Source: the human T2T-CHM13v2.0 reference genome, Homo sapiens. Taken from it: a DNA stretch of 64,000 nucleotides. Position numbers and translations under genes: made by a program. Shown in pieces: positions 46,660 through 64,000 of this stretch; the first letter of the stretch is position 1; every line of letters begins with the position of its first letter. Where the stretch lies: the NCBI RefSeq assembly GCF_009914755.1, contig NC_060945.1. One strand, given 5' to 3'. Under the pieces are notes generated by a model, which was not told the DNA's origin, searched no databases, and saw only the letters and a list, made by a program, of their open reading frames with translations.

Positions 46660-47723
46660 AATTCTAATGGCAAAGTAGAAATATGAAAGAACAGATGTAT
46701 AATATAAACAGAAATGGAAATTCCAGAAAAGAATCACATTTCAGCTTACATATTCTCTCCTCACAGAGGCCATCCCTTATCGCCCACTCATTGTCAAGCC
46801 CATTAACCTATTTTAGTTCTCTCAATAATAGTTATTCTATGAAATAGGAATAAGTGTTCTTCCTTAGTCTGAAAGCTTCATGAAAGCAGAACATTGGCTG
46901 TGTTGTTCACCACCTTACAGTAAGGGCTCAGTAAATATTTGCTAAATGAATGGAAAGGATTTATTTTATGTGGCTAAGGCTGATGGGATACAAGGGACAC
47001 AAATGATAAGGAAATTTCTGGACAAATTGCATCACTAGTCAAGCTGAAGAGATAGCTATGTGAGCCCCCTGAAAGGGTAAAATAAAACAGGCCACTTTAT
47101 CCATGAGACAAATGCTGTCAAGGGCACAACCCAAATGGAACAACCTCATGAGGACATCATCCTAAGGAAAACATGGAACAACTTCATGAGGACGTCATCA
47201 TAAGGAAAACACTACAGCAGGGTGACAGCCTTTGAGGGGAACACAGACGAAAAGAATGTGAATGGCTGATAACGCACCAAAACTCTGCTCACAACATAGG
47301 TAGAAGAATAACACAGAGCTCAGGTCTAATCATGAAAAGCCTCATTACTTGAGACTGAGAACATTTACGATAGTCATGGCTGAACTTTGGGTTTAAAGAC
47401 ACATGAGGCAACTTAAATGAAAAAGAAAATTGCCTGACATCAGCAGAAAGATGACACAGATGTTCAAATTATCTGATATGATTTATGGTGGTTTTAAATC
47501 GGCCATCAAAAAATTTCTTTAGTGAGCAACTGTGCTAGAAACCAATGAGAAAAAAACAACATATAAAGAAAACCAAAATGGAAAAATTAAAACAGAAAAA
47601 ATAAAATAACTGAAATTAAAATCTTGGTGAAGACAGAATGGAGGGGACAGAGGCAAAAAAAAAAAAAAAAATCAGTAAATTGGAAGATAGGACGACAGAA
47701 ACTACCCATTCTGGGTAACATTA

Positions 47724-50700
47724 TCAAGATAGCCAGCTAGAAGTGCCTAGCATTCAACCCCCTCACAGAGACAGCCAGAACAATGAATACACAACTACAT
47801 GTTAACAAAAACAACTGAGGGAGAGTGCTAAAGTGCATTAGAGGAGTAACAGAAACCCTGGCGAGCCCAGAAATTCATGATAGTCACAAAAAGAACAGAA
47901 GGAAATGCCGGGCCCCTGGCACCCCATCCCCTAACCAGGGTCAGCTAGAACCCAGGAAAACACCTCCCTTCAGTGAGGAGGTAATCAAGAGGACCCCAGC
48001 AGCCCCCACCAACACCGTGGACACCCACCGCCCTCACCCTTGGGGTCCCTTGCAGTCCTCACAGGCACGAAGCCCAGGGTGGAGTGAGCTGCCTGGAGGC
48101 CACACCACTGTGCTCCCGCCGGAGAAGGAATCGACACTGTGCCTGCCCCCGTGGCCCTCACGGTGCCCTCTTGGAACTGGAACTACTGCTGGAGTGTATC
48201 TTGTTCCTGGGGTAGCAGCCCCAGCTCCCCTTCACCCCTGAAGCTAAGCCGCTGCCCAACCACCCCAGCCCAGTGGCCCCACATCCCCCAGCCAAGCTGC
48301 AGGCAGCTGTTACACCTCCTCTGTGGGGCCAAGCAAAGGTGGGGCCACTCCACTACCCGCTCTTGCCCCCTCAGGCTGGAGCTAAAGCCATAAACGGCCT
48401 CCAGGGAAAACAATACCTTGGCTGCTCAGAGCAGTCATGCCTCCTGGAACCCAAGTTGAAGAAGCACTCTGCATCCAGGGAAATGCCTGGGCCACCCAGG
48501 ACAGTCCCGTCCCTCAGGCCTGAGTGGAAGCGACACACCACCGCAAGGGGAATCAGTGCCCTGGCTGAGCTGAGCAGCTGCACATCCCAGGGCTGAGCTG
48601 ATGCAGTGCCCTACATCCCAGAGAAACAGAGCAGTAGCTGAGCCCAGACATCCCACCTTACAGGCCAAACAACTCAACTGCCTGCTTCCCTAGAGCTGAA
48701 CTAGCCCCCCACCCCAGTCTGAGCTGCTGAGACACCTCTCTCCCTGCAGAGTGGAGTCATGGATACGCTGCTTCCCACCCTCCTCAGGGCCCCAGTGACA
48801 GGTGTGCTCTGTCATTCTGGGGTACGTTCTCCTGCCACACATGGCCTCACAGAGTCTGGGATACTTACAAGCCCCACCATCCCAGGGTCTTGAGTCATTA
48901 TTACACAGTGTCACATCCCCTGGGACCGGAGCTGCCACTGAGCCCTGTTGGCTCCGGTTCCGGAACTGCAGCCATACCCTGGCTCCCCAGGCCCAAGCCC
49001 CCAGAGCACCCCTTCTTCCTCAGAGTTCCGCCAGTGCTGTACCCTGCCCCACCCCCTGGGGTAGAATCACAGTTACAACCTGGCCCCCTGGGCCCGAGCT
49101 GCTAGAGGGTGCCTCAGAGTCACAGATCCTGGCTCTGAGGGCCACCTAAATCCAACCCTGCCATAAGAGAGCAAACCTGTACCCCAAGACCCACATGCCA
49201 CAATAGGGGTCGCAACCCAGCCCTGCAACCATTACAAGCACCTACACCTGGAACCCAGCACCATGGCAGCTGCTTGTAGGCCATGTCAGAGCAGACATCA
49301 AAGGAATTCCCCTCAGCTAAGTCTCCCCATTGCAAGGAAAATGAGACCAGGAGGACCCCAAAAGCCCTTGATACCAAGGACATTAACAACTTACACTGTC
49401 ACCACCACTGTAACAAACTTCTATAGCCTGGGCCACTGAGGCTAACACTGAACACAGCTGAAAAAGGTTCATGGAGACTATACCACTGCACCTAACCAGC
49501 AACAGTCACTACACCTTTCCTAAATGGCACACTAAAACCCAATTTCAGGTAAAAGTCTCTCTCTACAAAAGCCATGCTAGAAAATCTGGAAAAGGCAATT
49601 ATTCCACCATATGTACAGACATCAATGCAGGGACACAAGAAACATCAAAAAGCAAGGAAATAGGACACCACCAAAGGAACATAATAACTTTCTAGGAATA
49701 GAAGACCCCATCAAAGAGAAAATCAGTGAACTGCCAAAAAGAAAAATTCCAAATGATCTTAAGGAAACTCAATGAGACACAAGAAAATACATATAGACAA
49801 TTCAACAAAATCTGGAATTCATGATCCAAACAAGAAATTCAACAAAAAGTCAGAAATCATAAGAAAGAACTAAACAAATCCTGAAGCTGAAGAATTCAAT
49901 GAATTACATTTAAAATACAATAGAGAGCTTCAACAGCAGACTTGATCAAGCAGAAGAAAGAATCTCTGAATATGAAGACAGGTCATTTGAAACTGCCCAC
50001 TCAGAGGGGAGAAAGAAAGAAATAAGAATGAAAAAGAGTGAAGAAAGTCTGCAAGACTTATGGGACACTATTAAGCAAATGAATTTCATATAATGAGAAT
50101 TATAGAAGGAGAAGAGAGATAAGGGAAGAGGTATAGAAATCCTACTTAAATAATAGCCAAAAACTTCAAAAGTCTGGGAAGACATATGGACATCCAGGTC
50201 CAGGAAGTTTAAAGGTCCTTAAATAGATTCAACCAAAAAAAATTATTCCCCAGGCACACTGTAGCCAAATTGTCAAAAATCAAACACAAAGATAAAATTA
50301 TAAAAGCAGCAAGATAAAAGCATCAAGTCACATACAAAGGAATCTTCATTAGACTAGCATAAAATTCTCCACAAAAACCTTACAGCCCAGAAGAAAATGT
50401 GATGTAATATTCAAAATGATGGCAGAATAAAATTGGCAGCCAAGATTATTATACCCAGCAAAGTTATCCTTCAGAAATGAGGGAGACATAACGTCTTTCC
50501 CAGACAAGCAAAAACTTAAAGGAATTCGTCACTACTAGACTGGCCTTACAAGAAATGCTCAAGGAAATCCTACATCTGGAAGTGAAAAGATGATAAACAC
50601 TCTCTTAAAAACCCACAAAAGTATAAAACATACTGGTACAGCAGATACACAAGGGAGAAAGAGAAAAGAATCAAGCCTTATCATTAAAAAACCTCACTAA

Positions 50701-53695
50701 ACCTCAATGATAAAAAACAAGATAGGAAGAAGGAAACAAAGACTATACAAAACAACTGCAAAACAACAAAATGACAGGAGTAAGTCCTTACCTATCACTA
50801 ATAAAATTAAATGTAAACAGATTAGATTCCCCCACTTAAAAGACATAGACTAGCTGAATTAATTTGAAAAAATATTAACTCTCTAGTAACAGACCCCAGT
50901 GAAAAGCAAACTACATATTGCCTACATGTAACTCATGTCATTTGTAAAGACACATATAGACTGAAAGCAAAGGGATAAAGAAAAGATATTCCACACAAAT
51001 GAACACCAAAAGCAAGCAGGGGTAGCTTTATTTATATCAGTTAAAATAGATTTTATGTCAAAAACTATAAAGAAGGTCATTATATAATGTTAAAAAGATC
51101 AATTCAGCAAGAGGATATAACAATTCTGAACATATATGCACCCAACACTACAGCACCCAGATATATAAAGCAAATGTTATTAGATCTAAAGGGAGAGATA
51201 GACTCCAATATGATAATAGTTAAAAATTTAAACACCCCACTCTCAACATGGAACAGATCACCTAGACATAAAATTAACAAGGAAACTTTGGCTTTAACCA
51301 CACATTAGACCAAATGGACCTAACAGATGTTTACAGAACATTTCATCCAACAGCTACAGAATACACTTTCTTCTTATCAGCACACAAAACCTTTTCCAGG
51401 GTGGACCATGTTAGGACACAAAACAAGTCTCAACAAATCTAAAATAATTAAAATTATAGCAAGTATCTTTTTTGACCACAGTGGAATAAAACTAGAAATC
51501 AACAATAAGGAACTTTCAAAATTGGGCAAGTATGTGTGAATTAAACAACCTGCTCCTGAACAATCAATGAGTCAACAACAAAATCAAGAGGAAAATTTTA
51601 AAATTAATTGAAACAAATGAAAATCAAAACACAATATATCAAAACCAATAGGATATAGCAAAAGCAGTGCTAAGAGGGAAATTTAGAGCAATAAATGTCT
51701 ACATCAGAAAAGTGGAAAGATTTTAAATAAATAAGCTAATAATGTATTTCAAGGAAATACAAAAGCAAGAACAAACCAAACCCCAAACTAGTACAGGGAA
51801 AGAAATAATAAAGATCAGAGAAGAAATAAATAAAATTAAGGCCAGATGTGATGGCTCATGCCTGTAATCACAGCACTCTGGAAAGCGGTGATGGGAGACT
51901 CACCTGAGCCCAGGTATTCAAGACGAGCCCGGGTAACAAAGCGAGACCCCGTCTCTACCAAACAAACAAAAACACCCACTTGTCAGGTGTGGCAGCGTGT
52001 GCCTATAATGCAAGCTACTCAGGAGGCTAAGGTGGGAGGATTGCTTGGCCCCAGCAGGTCAAGGCTGCTGTAAGCAGTGATTGTACCGCTGCACTCCAGC
52101 CTGAGTGACAACAAGACCATGTCTCAAAAACAAAACAAAATTAAGAGTAAAAAGCAATACAAAATATCAACAAAACAAAAAGTTGGTTTTTTGAAAAGTT
52201 AAACAAAAATCAAAAACCATTAGCTAGAGGAACCAAGAAAAAGAGAAAAGACCCAAATCAATAAAATCAGAAATGAAAAAGGAGACATAACAACTGATAT
52301 TACATAAATAGAAAGGATCATGAGAGGCTATTAAAAAGAACTCTATTCCAACAAATTAGAAAACCTAGGGGAAATGGATAACTTCCCAGACACATACAAC
52401 CGACCAAGAAGAACAAAGAAGACACAGAAACCTGAAGAGACCAGTTACAAGTAACAAGATTCAATCTGTTAAAGAAAAGCCCAGAATGGGATGGCTTCAC
52501 TGTAGAATTCTACCATGCATTTAAAGAACTGATACCAATTCTTCTCAAACTCTTCCAGAAAATTGAGGAGGAAGGACTTCTTCCAAACTTATGCTATAAG
52601 GCCAACATTACCTTGATACCAAAACCAGATAAGGACACAACAACAAAAACAACAGGCCAACATCCATGATAAACACGGATGCAAAAATTCTCAACAAAAC
52701 ACTAGCAAACCAAATACAGCAGCATATTACACAGATCATTCACCATGATCAAAAAAGATTTATGCCAGAGATGCAAGCATGGTTCACCACATGCAAATCA
52801 ACAGATATTATACAACATATTAATAGAATTAAGTGCAAAAACCATATGGTCATCTCAACAGATAAAGAAAAAGCATTTAATACCATCTGGCATCGCTTTA
52901 TGACAAAAACTCTTAATAACTTAGGTACAGAAGCAACACAATAGAGGCCATATATGACAAACCCATAGCCAACATCATAATGAACAGGGAAAAGCTGAAA
53001 GCTTTTCTTCTAAGATCTGGAATAAGACAAAGATTCCCACCATCACCACTCCTATTCAAGATAGTACTGTAAGTCCCAGCTAGAGCAATTAGGCAAGAAA
53101 AAAATAAATAAAGGGCATCCAAATTGGAAAAGAGGAAGTCAAATTGTCCCTGTTTACAGACAACATTATTGTATACACAGAAAACTCTAAAAGGTCCACC
53201 AAAAATTGTTAAAATAAATGAATTCAATAAAGAAAGTTGCTGAACACAAAAATCAACATGCAAAATTCAGCAGCATTTCTATACACCAATAACACAATCT
53301 CAAAAATAAATCAGTGAGGCAATCCCATTTACAATAGCTACAAAAAATATTTAGGAATAAATTTAACCAAATTTAAACATGAAGTAAAAGATCTCAAAAA
53401 GAAAAACTATAAAACACCGATGAAAGAAACTGAAGACACAAACAAATGGAAAGACATCCCATGTTCATAAACTAGAACAATAAATATTGTAAAAATGACC
53501 ATACTACCAAAAGCAATCTACAGAATCAATGCAATCCTTGCCAAAATACCAATGACATTCTTCACAAAAAAAAAAAAAAAACAGAAAAAACAATCCTGAA
53601 ATTCATAATGGAAGTACAAAAGACTCCAAATAGCTGAAGCAATCCTGAGCAAAAAAAAACAACAACAAAAAAAAAAACAGACTATCACACTACTC
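47724..53695 (+). mobile_element. Large L1 (L1MA/PB-age): 5' UTR, ORF1 (about 49620-50595) and ORF2 (about 50770-53695), degenerate and 3'-truncated
   Basis: ORF track remnants SIQQEDITILNIYAPNTTAPRYIKQ (endonuclease) and [21 protein letters not shown] (RT); GC-rich 5' UTR starting tcaagatagcc. Confidence 0.9.
51840..52135 (+). mobile_element. AluJ in L1 ORF2
   Basis: Diverged dimer; TSD core aaaattaag. Confidence 0.88.
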
Positions 53696-53699
53696 TACA

Positions 53700-54648
<949 letters not shown>

Positions 54649-56364
54649 TCAAAATAAGGTTAAAATTTACATAGGGTAAACTGCATAAATCTTATGAGTA
54701 AAATTAAGGTCTAACAGAAATGCATGCACCACAAAAAACATCGCTCTGTCAAGATACAGTGTGTCTCTCCCCCTGCCATGAAGCTCCCTCATGCCCTCCT
54801 GTCCCTTCTAGGCAGCCCAACCCATAAGTGACTGATGCTCTGGTTTCTACCACCCTAGATTAGTTCTGCTTATTCTTGAAAATCACAGGAATGGAGCCAC
54901 ACAGAAAACAAACCCCAATAAAGCACTATTTCACTATTAAAGCTCTGGCAAATGAAAATAAATAAAATTACATTCTGCTTGGTTTCTTCTACAGTTTCTC
55001 AGTTTAGTCCCCTCTTGACATTCTGGGGCTATTTTCTCCTCACAAAGTTCTATCAAGAGCTTGGATGGACATGAAAACCCTGCCTGTATCTCACCACGTT
55101 TCCTCCCAACAGTAGACAGATTTTTTTTGTTAATGTGCTCGCTCATTAAACCATTTGTGAGTGGGAAGGAGTATGGGGCAGAGAATCTACGCTGGTGACC
55201 TGGAGCAGCCAGCGTAACAAGAGGGCCACCAACAACTCTGAACACTGAAACAATCTCAACCAGGCACTCGGAAAGCTCCCCTGGCTGATGGCCTCCAGCT
55301 GGAAGGTCTCAAGTCACAGGTCTCTGCCATGGACAAATGCTTCTGGTAAGCATACGGCCACTCAGTCACATCTATCAGCAGCAGCAGCATCTGGCAGGAA
55401 CTGTGCCTGTGGCTAGGCTTAAATAACTGCACCAATCCACGCTGAACAGCTGAGAAGCAACTGAGTCTACCAGCTGTGCCAGTTCAATTCACAGGCATCC
55501 ACTGCAGGCCCAGCCACTGGACAGAGGATGTACTGCTGGGCAATGACTGGTTATCATTACTGGCAGGCAACATTCTTCCCTACTCTCTGCAGGGATTTGG
55601 GGAGAAAACTCAGAATGAGAGGTAAAGATGTAACCATGCTTCAATAAAATGATGAGGAACTTTAAAATCCCATTTCTTTATACACACAGCCAAACTGAAA
55701 CATCTTATCCTAAAGCTGGTGCACGCTGACTTAGGTTCCTTAGAAAGAAGGCTCCACCAGGCACGGGCATCTGTCTGATAGGAAGCAAGGTCTACAAACT
55801 CCCTCCTTGCCCATACTTCTCTTCACCGCCCCTTCCTATTCTCCATGTCACACTCACTGTCAACATCAAGGTAGCTCAATGTTTCCCAAACTGGGTCCCT
55901 CAGGACACTAGTTCCCCACAATGGTAAGAGGGTTTTCATATGTCCCACGCTCACACCCAGTGGGAAGGGGAAGGGAGGGAAAAACAAAATGGCACTCAGA
56001 GTTAAGTCACAGCTAACTGAGAACAAGGAGATGGCACTGAGACACCCTAGCTCCACATGCCCTTGTGATAGCTCTTGTCGCAGGCATTGATTTCCCAGTG
56101 CCACATTTCTCAGACATGGGCACTCATGCTAACACAAAGAAAACTCACCAAACTCGGCCTGGAGGACACCCTGACAGCTATGCTGGCTCCTTGGTACTTG
56201 CTGGTGGGCTCCTCAGGCACATGCTCACAGGGCCCTATTGTCAACCACACCTTCAAATGACAATAAACAAATCTATCTTTACTTATCTGCTAATTGTCTG
56301 TTTTTCTAAAACTCACACATTAAATGCATAAACTATAATAACACATGAGGCACACTGAGTGTGC

Positions 56365-56580
56365 AGCACCATGTGGAGGCGCAAACACAGACTCTGGAGT
56401 CACTCACCAGCAGCCCCTCGGCAAAGCCATGTCACCTTGCTAGGCCTTTGTTTTCTCATCTATAAACTGGTTTTAAATTCTCTACACCACTATTATAAAG
56501 ACTAAATAAAGGAGGAGATACCAGCAAAACTGTCTATCACACTTGGTAGATAGTAGGCATTCCATAAACAGTAATTTCCA
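56365..56580 (+). mobile_element. MIR fragment
   Basis: cagactctggagtc...ggcaaagccatgtcacctt...tttctcatctataaa...ggtagatagtaggcattccataaa. Confidence 0.55.
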
Positions 56581-56744
56581 AATTACACAAACTAAAGCCT
56601 CACCCCACCCCCATGCTCTCCTCCAACACCCCATGCCTGCCACATGGGCCTCTGGCTCTGCTAACACACCCCACCTCGGGCGCTTGTACATGTTGATCCC
56701 TCTGGCTGGAACGTGCCTTCCCAGACACCCTAAGAGCTTGCTTC

Positions 56745-57195
56745 GCTTCCTTTCCAACTTGGGCCTGGCAGAATGGCTCCTACAAAGGGTGGCGAGAAGA
56801 AAAAGGGCCGTTCTACCATCAACAAGGTGGTGACCTGAGATACGCCATCAACATTCACAGCACATCCACAGAGTGGCCTTCAAGAAGCGTGCCCCTCAGG
56901 CACTCAAAGAGATTTGGAAATTTGCCATGAAGGAGATGGGAACTCCAGATATGTGCATTGATACCAGGCTCAACAAAGCTGTCTGGACCAAAGGAATAAG
57001 GAATATCCCATACCGCATCCGTGTGCGGTTGTCCAGAAAATGTAAAGAGAATGAAGATTCACCAAATAAACTCTATACTTTGATTACTTATGTACCCGTT
57101 ACTGCTTTCAAAAATCTATAGACAGTCAATGTGGATGAGAACTAACAGCTGATCATCAAATACATCAAATAAAGTTATAAAATTGCCTTAAAAAA
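56745..57195 (+). pseudogene. RPL31P1: Processed ribosomal protein L31 pseudogene (probably RPL31P1)
   Basis: Intronless copy with 5' TOP-like CTTCCTTTCC and ATG at 56773 (MAPTKGGEKKKGRS...). Premature TGA at 56836, frameshifts, [24 protein letters not shown]... segment, premature TAG at 57119, native TAA at 57143, AATAAA at 57168, short A tail and 13-bp TSD. The P1 number comes from recalled locus knowledge. Confidence 0.92.
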
Positions 57196-58787
57196 AAGAG
57201 CTCACTTCCCTCTTCTTTCAGATCTTCGTGTGGATGTCAACCGCTCAGTGGTCTTCCATGACCACTCTAAAATTAAAACACAAAAGCTACCCCTCTCAGG
57301 TCTCCCGCCCTTTACCCTCCATGGCATTAAATATCACAGAGTCCACAGTGCCCTGCGCTGCTTTACTGGCGCTGCTGTCTCTCCTCACTGGCTAGCTCCA
57401 TGAAGGCAAGGACTTGGGGCTGTCTGGCTTGCTGCTGTGGCCTCAGTGCCTAGAACAGGACCTGGCACGTAGTGGTGAGTGAATTAGTGATGTTTAGTGA
57501 TAGACACTGTTTCTAATTATGTAATTAGAAAGAAGGAGGACTACTACTAAGTGTAAATCTGATTAAAGATATTGAAGACCTCCATTCAGAAAACTACAAT
57601 ACCCTGTTGAGAGAAAGACGGCCCTAAGCAGTGAAGAAATGTATCATGTCATGTACTGGAGGTCTCAACACTCTAAAAACGTCAATTCTTCCAAACTGAT
57701 CTACAGATTCCATGAAATTTCCATCAAAATCAACACGGTGTCCTTTGTGGAATTTGACAGGCAGATTCTAAAATTTATATGGAAAGGAGACAATAATAGT
57801 GAAGGCATTTTTTGAAGAAAAACAATGTTCGTTCTAGGTATCAAAAACTTATCCATCTTGACAAGAGGCAATGTAGCACTGCAGGATGGGAGACTGGCCG
57901 AGTGCAATGGAGAGCACAGACACAGACCCCACACACGTGTGGGCACCGAGGAGAGTGGGGAAAGCACAGTGCCCTCCGCAGTCAGTGCTGGGTCTGTGAG
58001 AACCCTGGGGAACGCTTAACTTGACCCCTATCACAGAGCATGCCCAAAGATAAATGCAAAAGGCAAAAAGAGAAACCGAGGAGAAAATATAGGCAGATAT
58101 ATTCATGACCTTGAGGTAAGCAGACATTTTCTTAACAGGATACATTAAGCACTCAGAGTACATTCAAATCAGGAACTTCTGTTCATCAAAACATACCATT
58201 AAGAGAAATAAAGCAAGACATGGAGTGGTAAAATAAATGCGCAACTTTAATAAAATCAAAAAAGATTCTGTATCCAGAATATACAAATTCAGACAACCTA
58301 AAAGAAAAAAAGGCAAGAGCTCTGAATAGGTTGTGACAAAAATGGATATCCAAATGGCCAGTAAACACAGGAAAAGGTGCTCCACTTCAGAACTCATAAA
58401 AACAATGCAAATTAAAACCACAATGAGCCAGCCCTCCATCCCCACAGAATGGCTACAATGAAGATCTCTGACAATACCAGGTGTTTCCAAGAAAGAAAAG
58501 CAACCAGAACGCTCCTTTGCTGTTGGTAAATGTTCACACCTGATATAACCACTTTGCAAAACAGCCCAGCATAAACTACTAGAGGTGAAGACATGCACTT
58601 CTATAGATCCCAAACTTCCATTCCTAAAGATAAACGCAACAGGAAAACATGCACATGTCCTTTACCAAACGACAAGTACAAGAATGTTAGAGAAGTACTA
58701 TTTGTAAAGGCCAATAACTAGAAATAATCCAAATGTGCATCAATAGTAAAATGGATAACTAAACTGGTAAATTCATACAATAGAATA

Positions 58788-59496
58788 CAGGTTGAGCATC
58801 ATCAATCTGAAAATCCAAAACCCAAAGTGCTCCAAAGTTGGAAACTTTTTGAGTGCCAACATGATGACACAAGTGAAAAATTCCACACCTGACTTCACAC
58901 GACAGGTTACAATCAAAAGGCAGGCACACAACACACAGTTTATTCAGAGTCACCAAGGGAAAAGAGACCGTTCAGGTCCCTTTGGCTGCGATGTCTTTTC
59001 CATGCAGGCCCGGATTCCCCAATGCAAGCACACCCACAAAGGTAATAAAATGGTGTGTGTGCAGGCCAGTGCACCAAGGGCAGGTTCCCCACATTGCCCC
59101 ATGGAGGGCCAGTAAATACTGTTAAATACTTAGGTGTGCATAAGTGAGAGAAAATGACTGCTTGTCAGCCACTTATAAATTCAGAGTCAGGAATGATGGT
59201 GATGCAAACAACCACAGAATGTCTACATGGGCGGCTCAGAGAGTGACACCTTTACTTTCTGATGGTTCAACATACACAAATTTTGTTTCATGTACAAAAT
59301 TACTAAAAGTACTATATAAAATTACCTTCGGGCTATGTCTATCACAGGTATATGAAATACATATGAACATGTTTAGACTTGGGTCCTATCCCCAAGGTAT
59401 CTCATTATGGATATGCAAATATTCCAAAATCCAAAACAATCTGAAATCTGAAACACTTCCTGTCCCAAGCATTTCAAATAAGGGATATTCAACCTG
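58788..59496 (+). mobile_element. Tigger4/MER46-type DNA transposon deletion derivative
   Basis: TA|CAGGTTGAGCATC...GATATTCAACCTG|TA: terminal inverted repeats with TA target duplication. Confidence 0.85.
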
Positions 59497-59506
59497 TACT
59501 ATAGAG

Positions 59507-59716
59507 CAGTGGTTCTCAACCAGGGCGAGGGGCATTTTGCCATCCCAGAGGGCAATCTGAACATCTGGAAACATTTTTGATTGTCACAAGTGGGAGACAC
59601 TATTGGTATCTGGTGGGTAAAGACCAGGAAGACTGCTAAAATCCCTACAGTGAACAGGGCAGCCCCACAGCAGAGCATCATTAAGCCTGAAACGTCAGCA
59701 GTGCTGAGAAACCCTA
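59507..59716 (+). mobile_element. MER20 (hAT-Charlie)
   Basis: cagtggttctcaacc...ggaaacatttttgattgtcaca...ctgctaaaatccctacagtg...gagaaaccct. Confidence 0.8.
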
Positions 59717-60020
59717 CGAGGTGGCAGTGAAAATGAACCACAGCTACATGCAACAGCACGATGGACCTCACTAGCAAAGTGCTCAATGAAAAAGCCAACA
59801 TCAAAGTATGGTTTCATTTATATAATGTTCAAAAATGGGAAAATGGGAGTGGGTAGTGATGAGGAAGAAGCACACGCATTTCCTGGGTGCAGGCAACATG
59901 CCATTTCTCACCCTGGGTGGTGGTGAACAAATGTTCCTTTGTAATTATTCTCTGAGCTTCACTTTTATGTTTCTGTACTTTTCTCTAGGTATGCTGTGCT
60001 TCTCATTAAAAATGTTTTGA

Positions 60021-64000
<3,980 letters not shown>

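Larger units (their letters stand above)
57540..60015 (+). mobile_element. Old L1M ORF2 end / 3' UTR interrupted by Tigger4 and MER20
   Basis: ccaaactgatctacagattc, gcaaattaaaaccacaatgag, aatccaaatgtgcatcaatagtaaaatggata. Confidence 0.8.

Noticed and set aside
51087-53263. L1 endonuclease/RT ORF fragments as active genes
   Set aside because: Numerous stops and frameshifts plus an Alu insertion; fossil element.
56873-57121. 82-aa RPL31-like ORF as a functional gene
   Set aside because: Non-ATG start, upstream stop and frameshifts, premature TAG, and TSD/poly(A) hallmarks of a retrocopy.

Overview
Primate (human-like) genomic DNA. The only protein-coding sequence I can support is the terminal coding exon of HSF2BP/MEILB2 on the minus strand (35304-35512), recognised from its C-terminal peptide DPDAEVCLHV...LEDLRTLEHNV. 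That implies human 21q22.3. Its 3' UTR runs to an AATAAA at 34761-34766. Everything from 35513 to the window end appears to be its very large last intron, filled with L1, Alu, MER4, THE1, MLT and DNA-transposon fossils and a processed RPL31 pseudogene (56745-57195). The region downstream of the gene (about 1-24 kb) is GC-richer, with CA/TG tracts, a degenerate ~33-bp minisatellite and solo LTRs. I found no evidence of a novel multi-gene system. The most interesting observations are small-scale: CPE-like elements beside the HSF2BP poly(A) signal, five co-oriented MER4 solo LTRs (one nested in another), a sense THE1 LTR with a duplicated poly(A) region in the intron, a long (TTTTA)n Alu tail, templated-insertion scars, and a pseudogene TSD showing reciprocal CpG decay. 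Repeat subfamily names are from recalled consensus sequences, and boundaries without a TSD are approximate.
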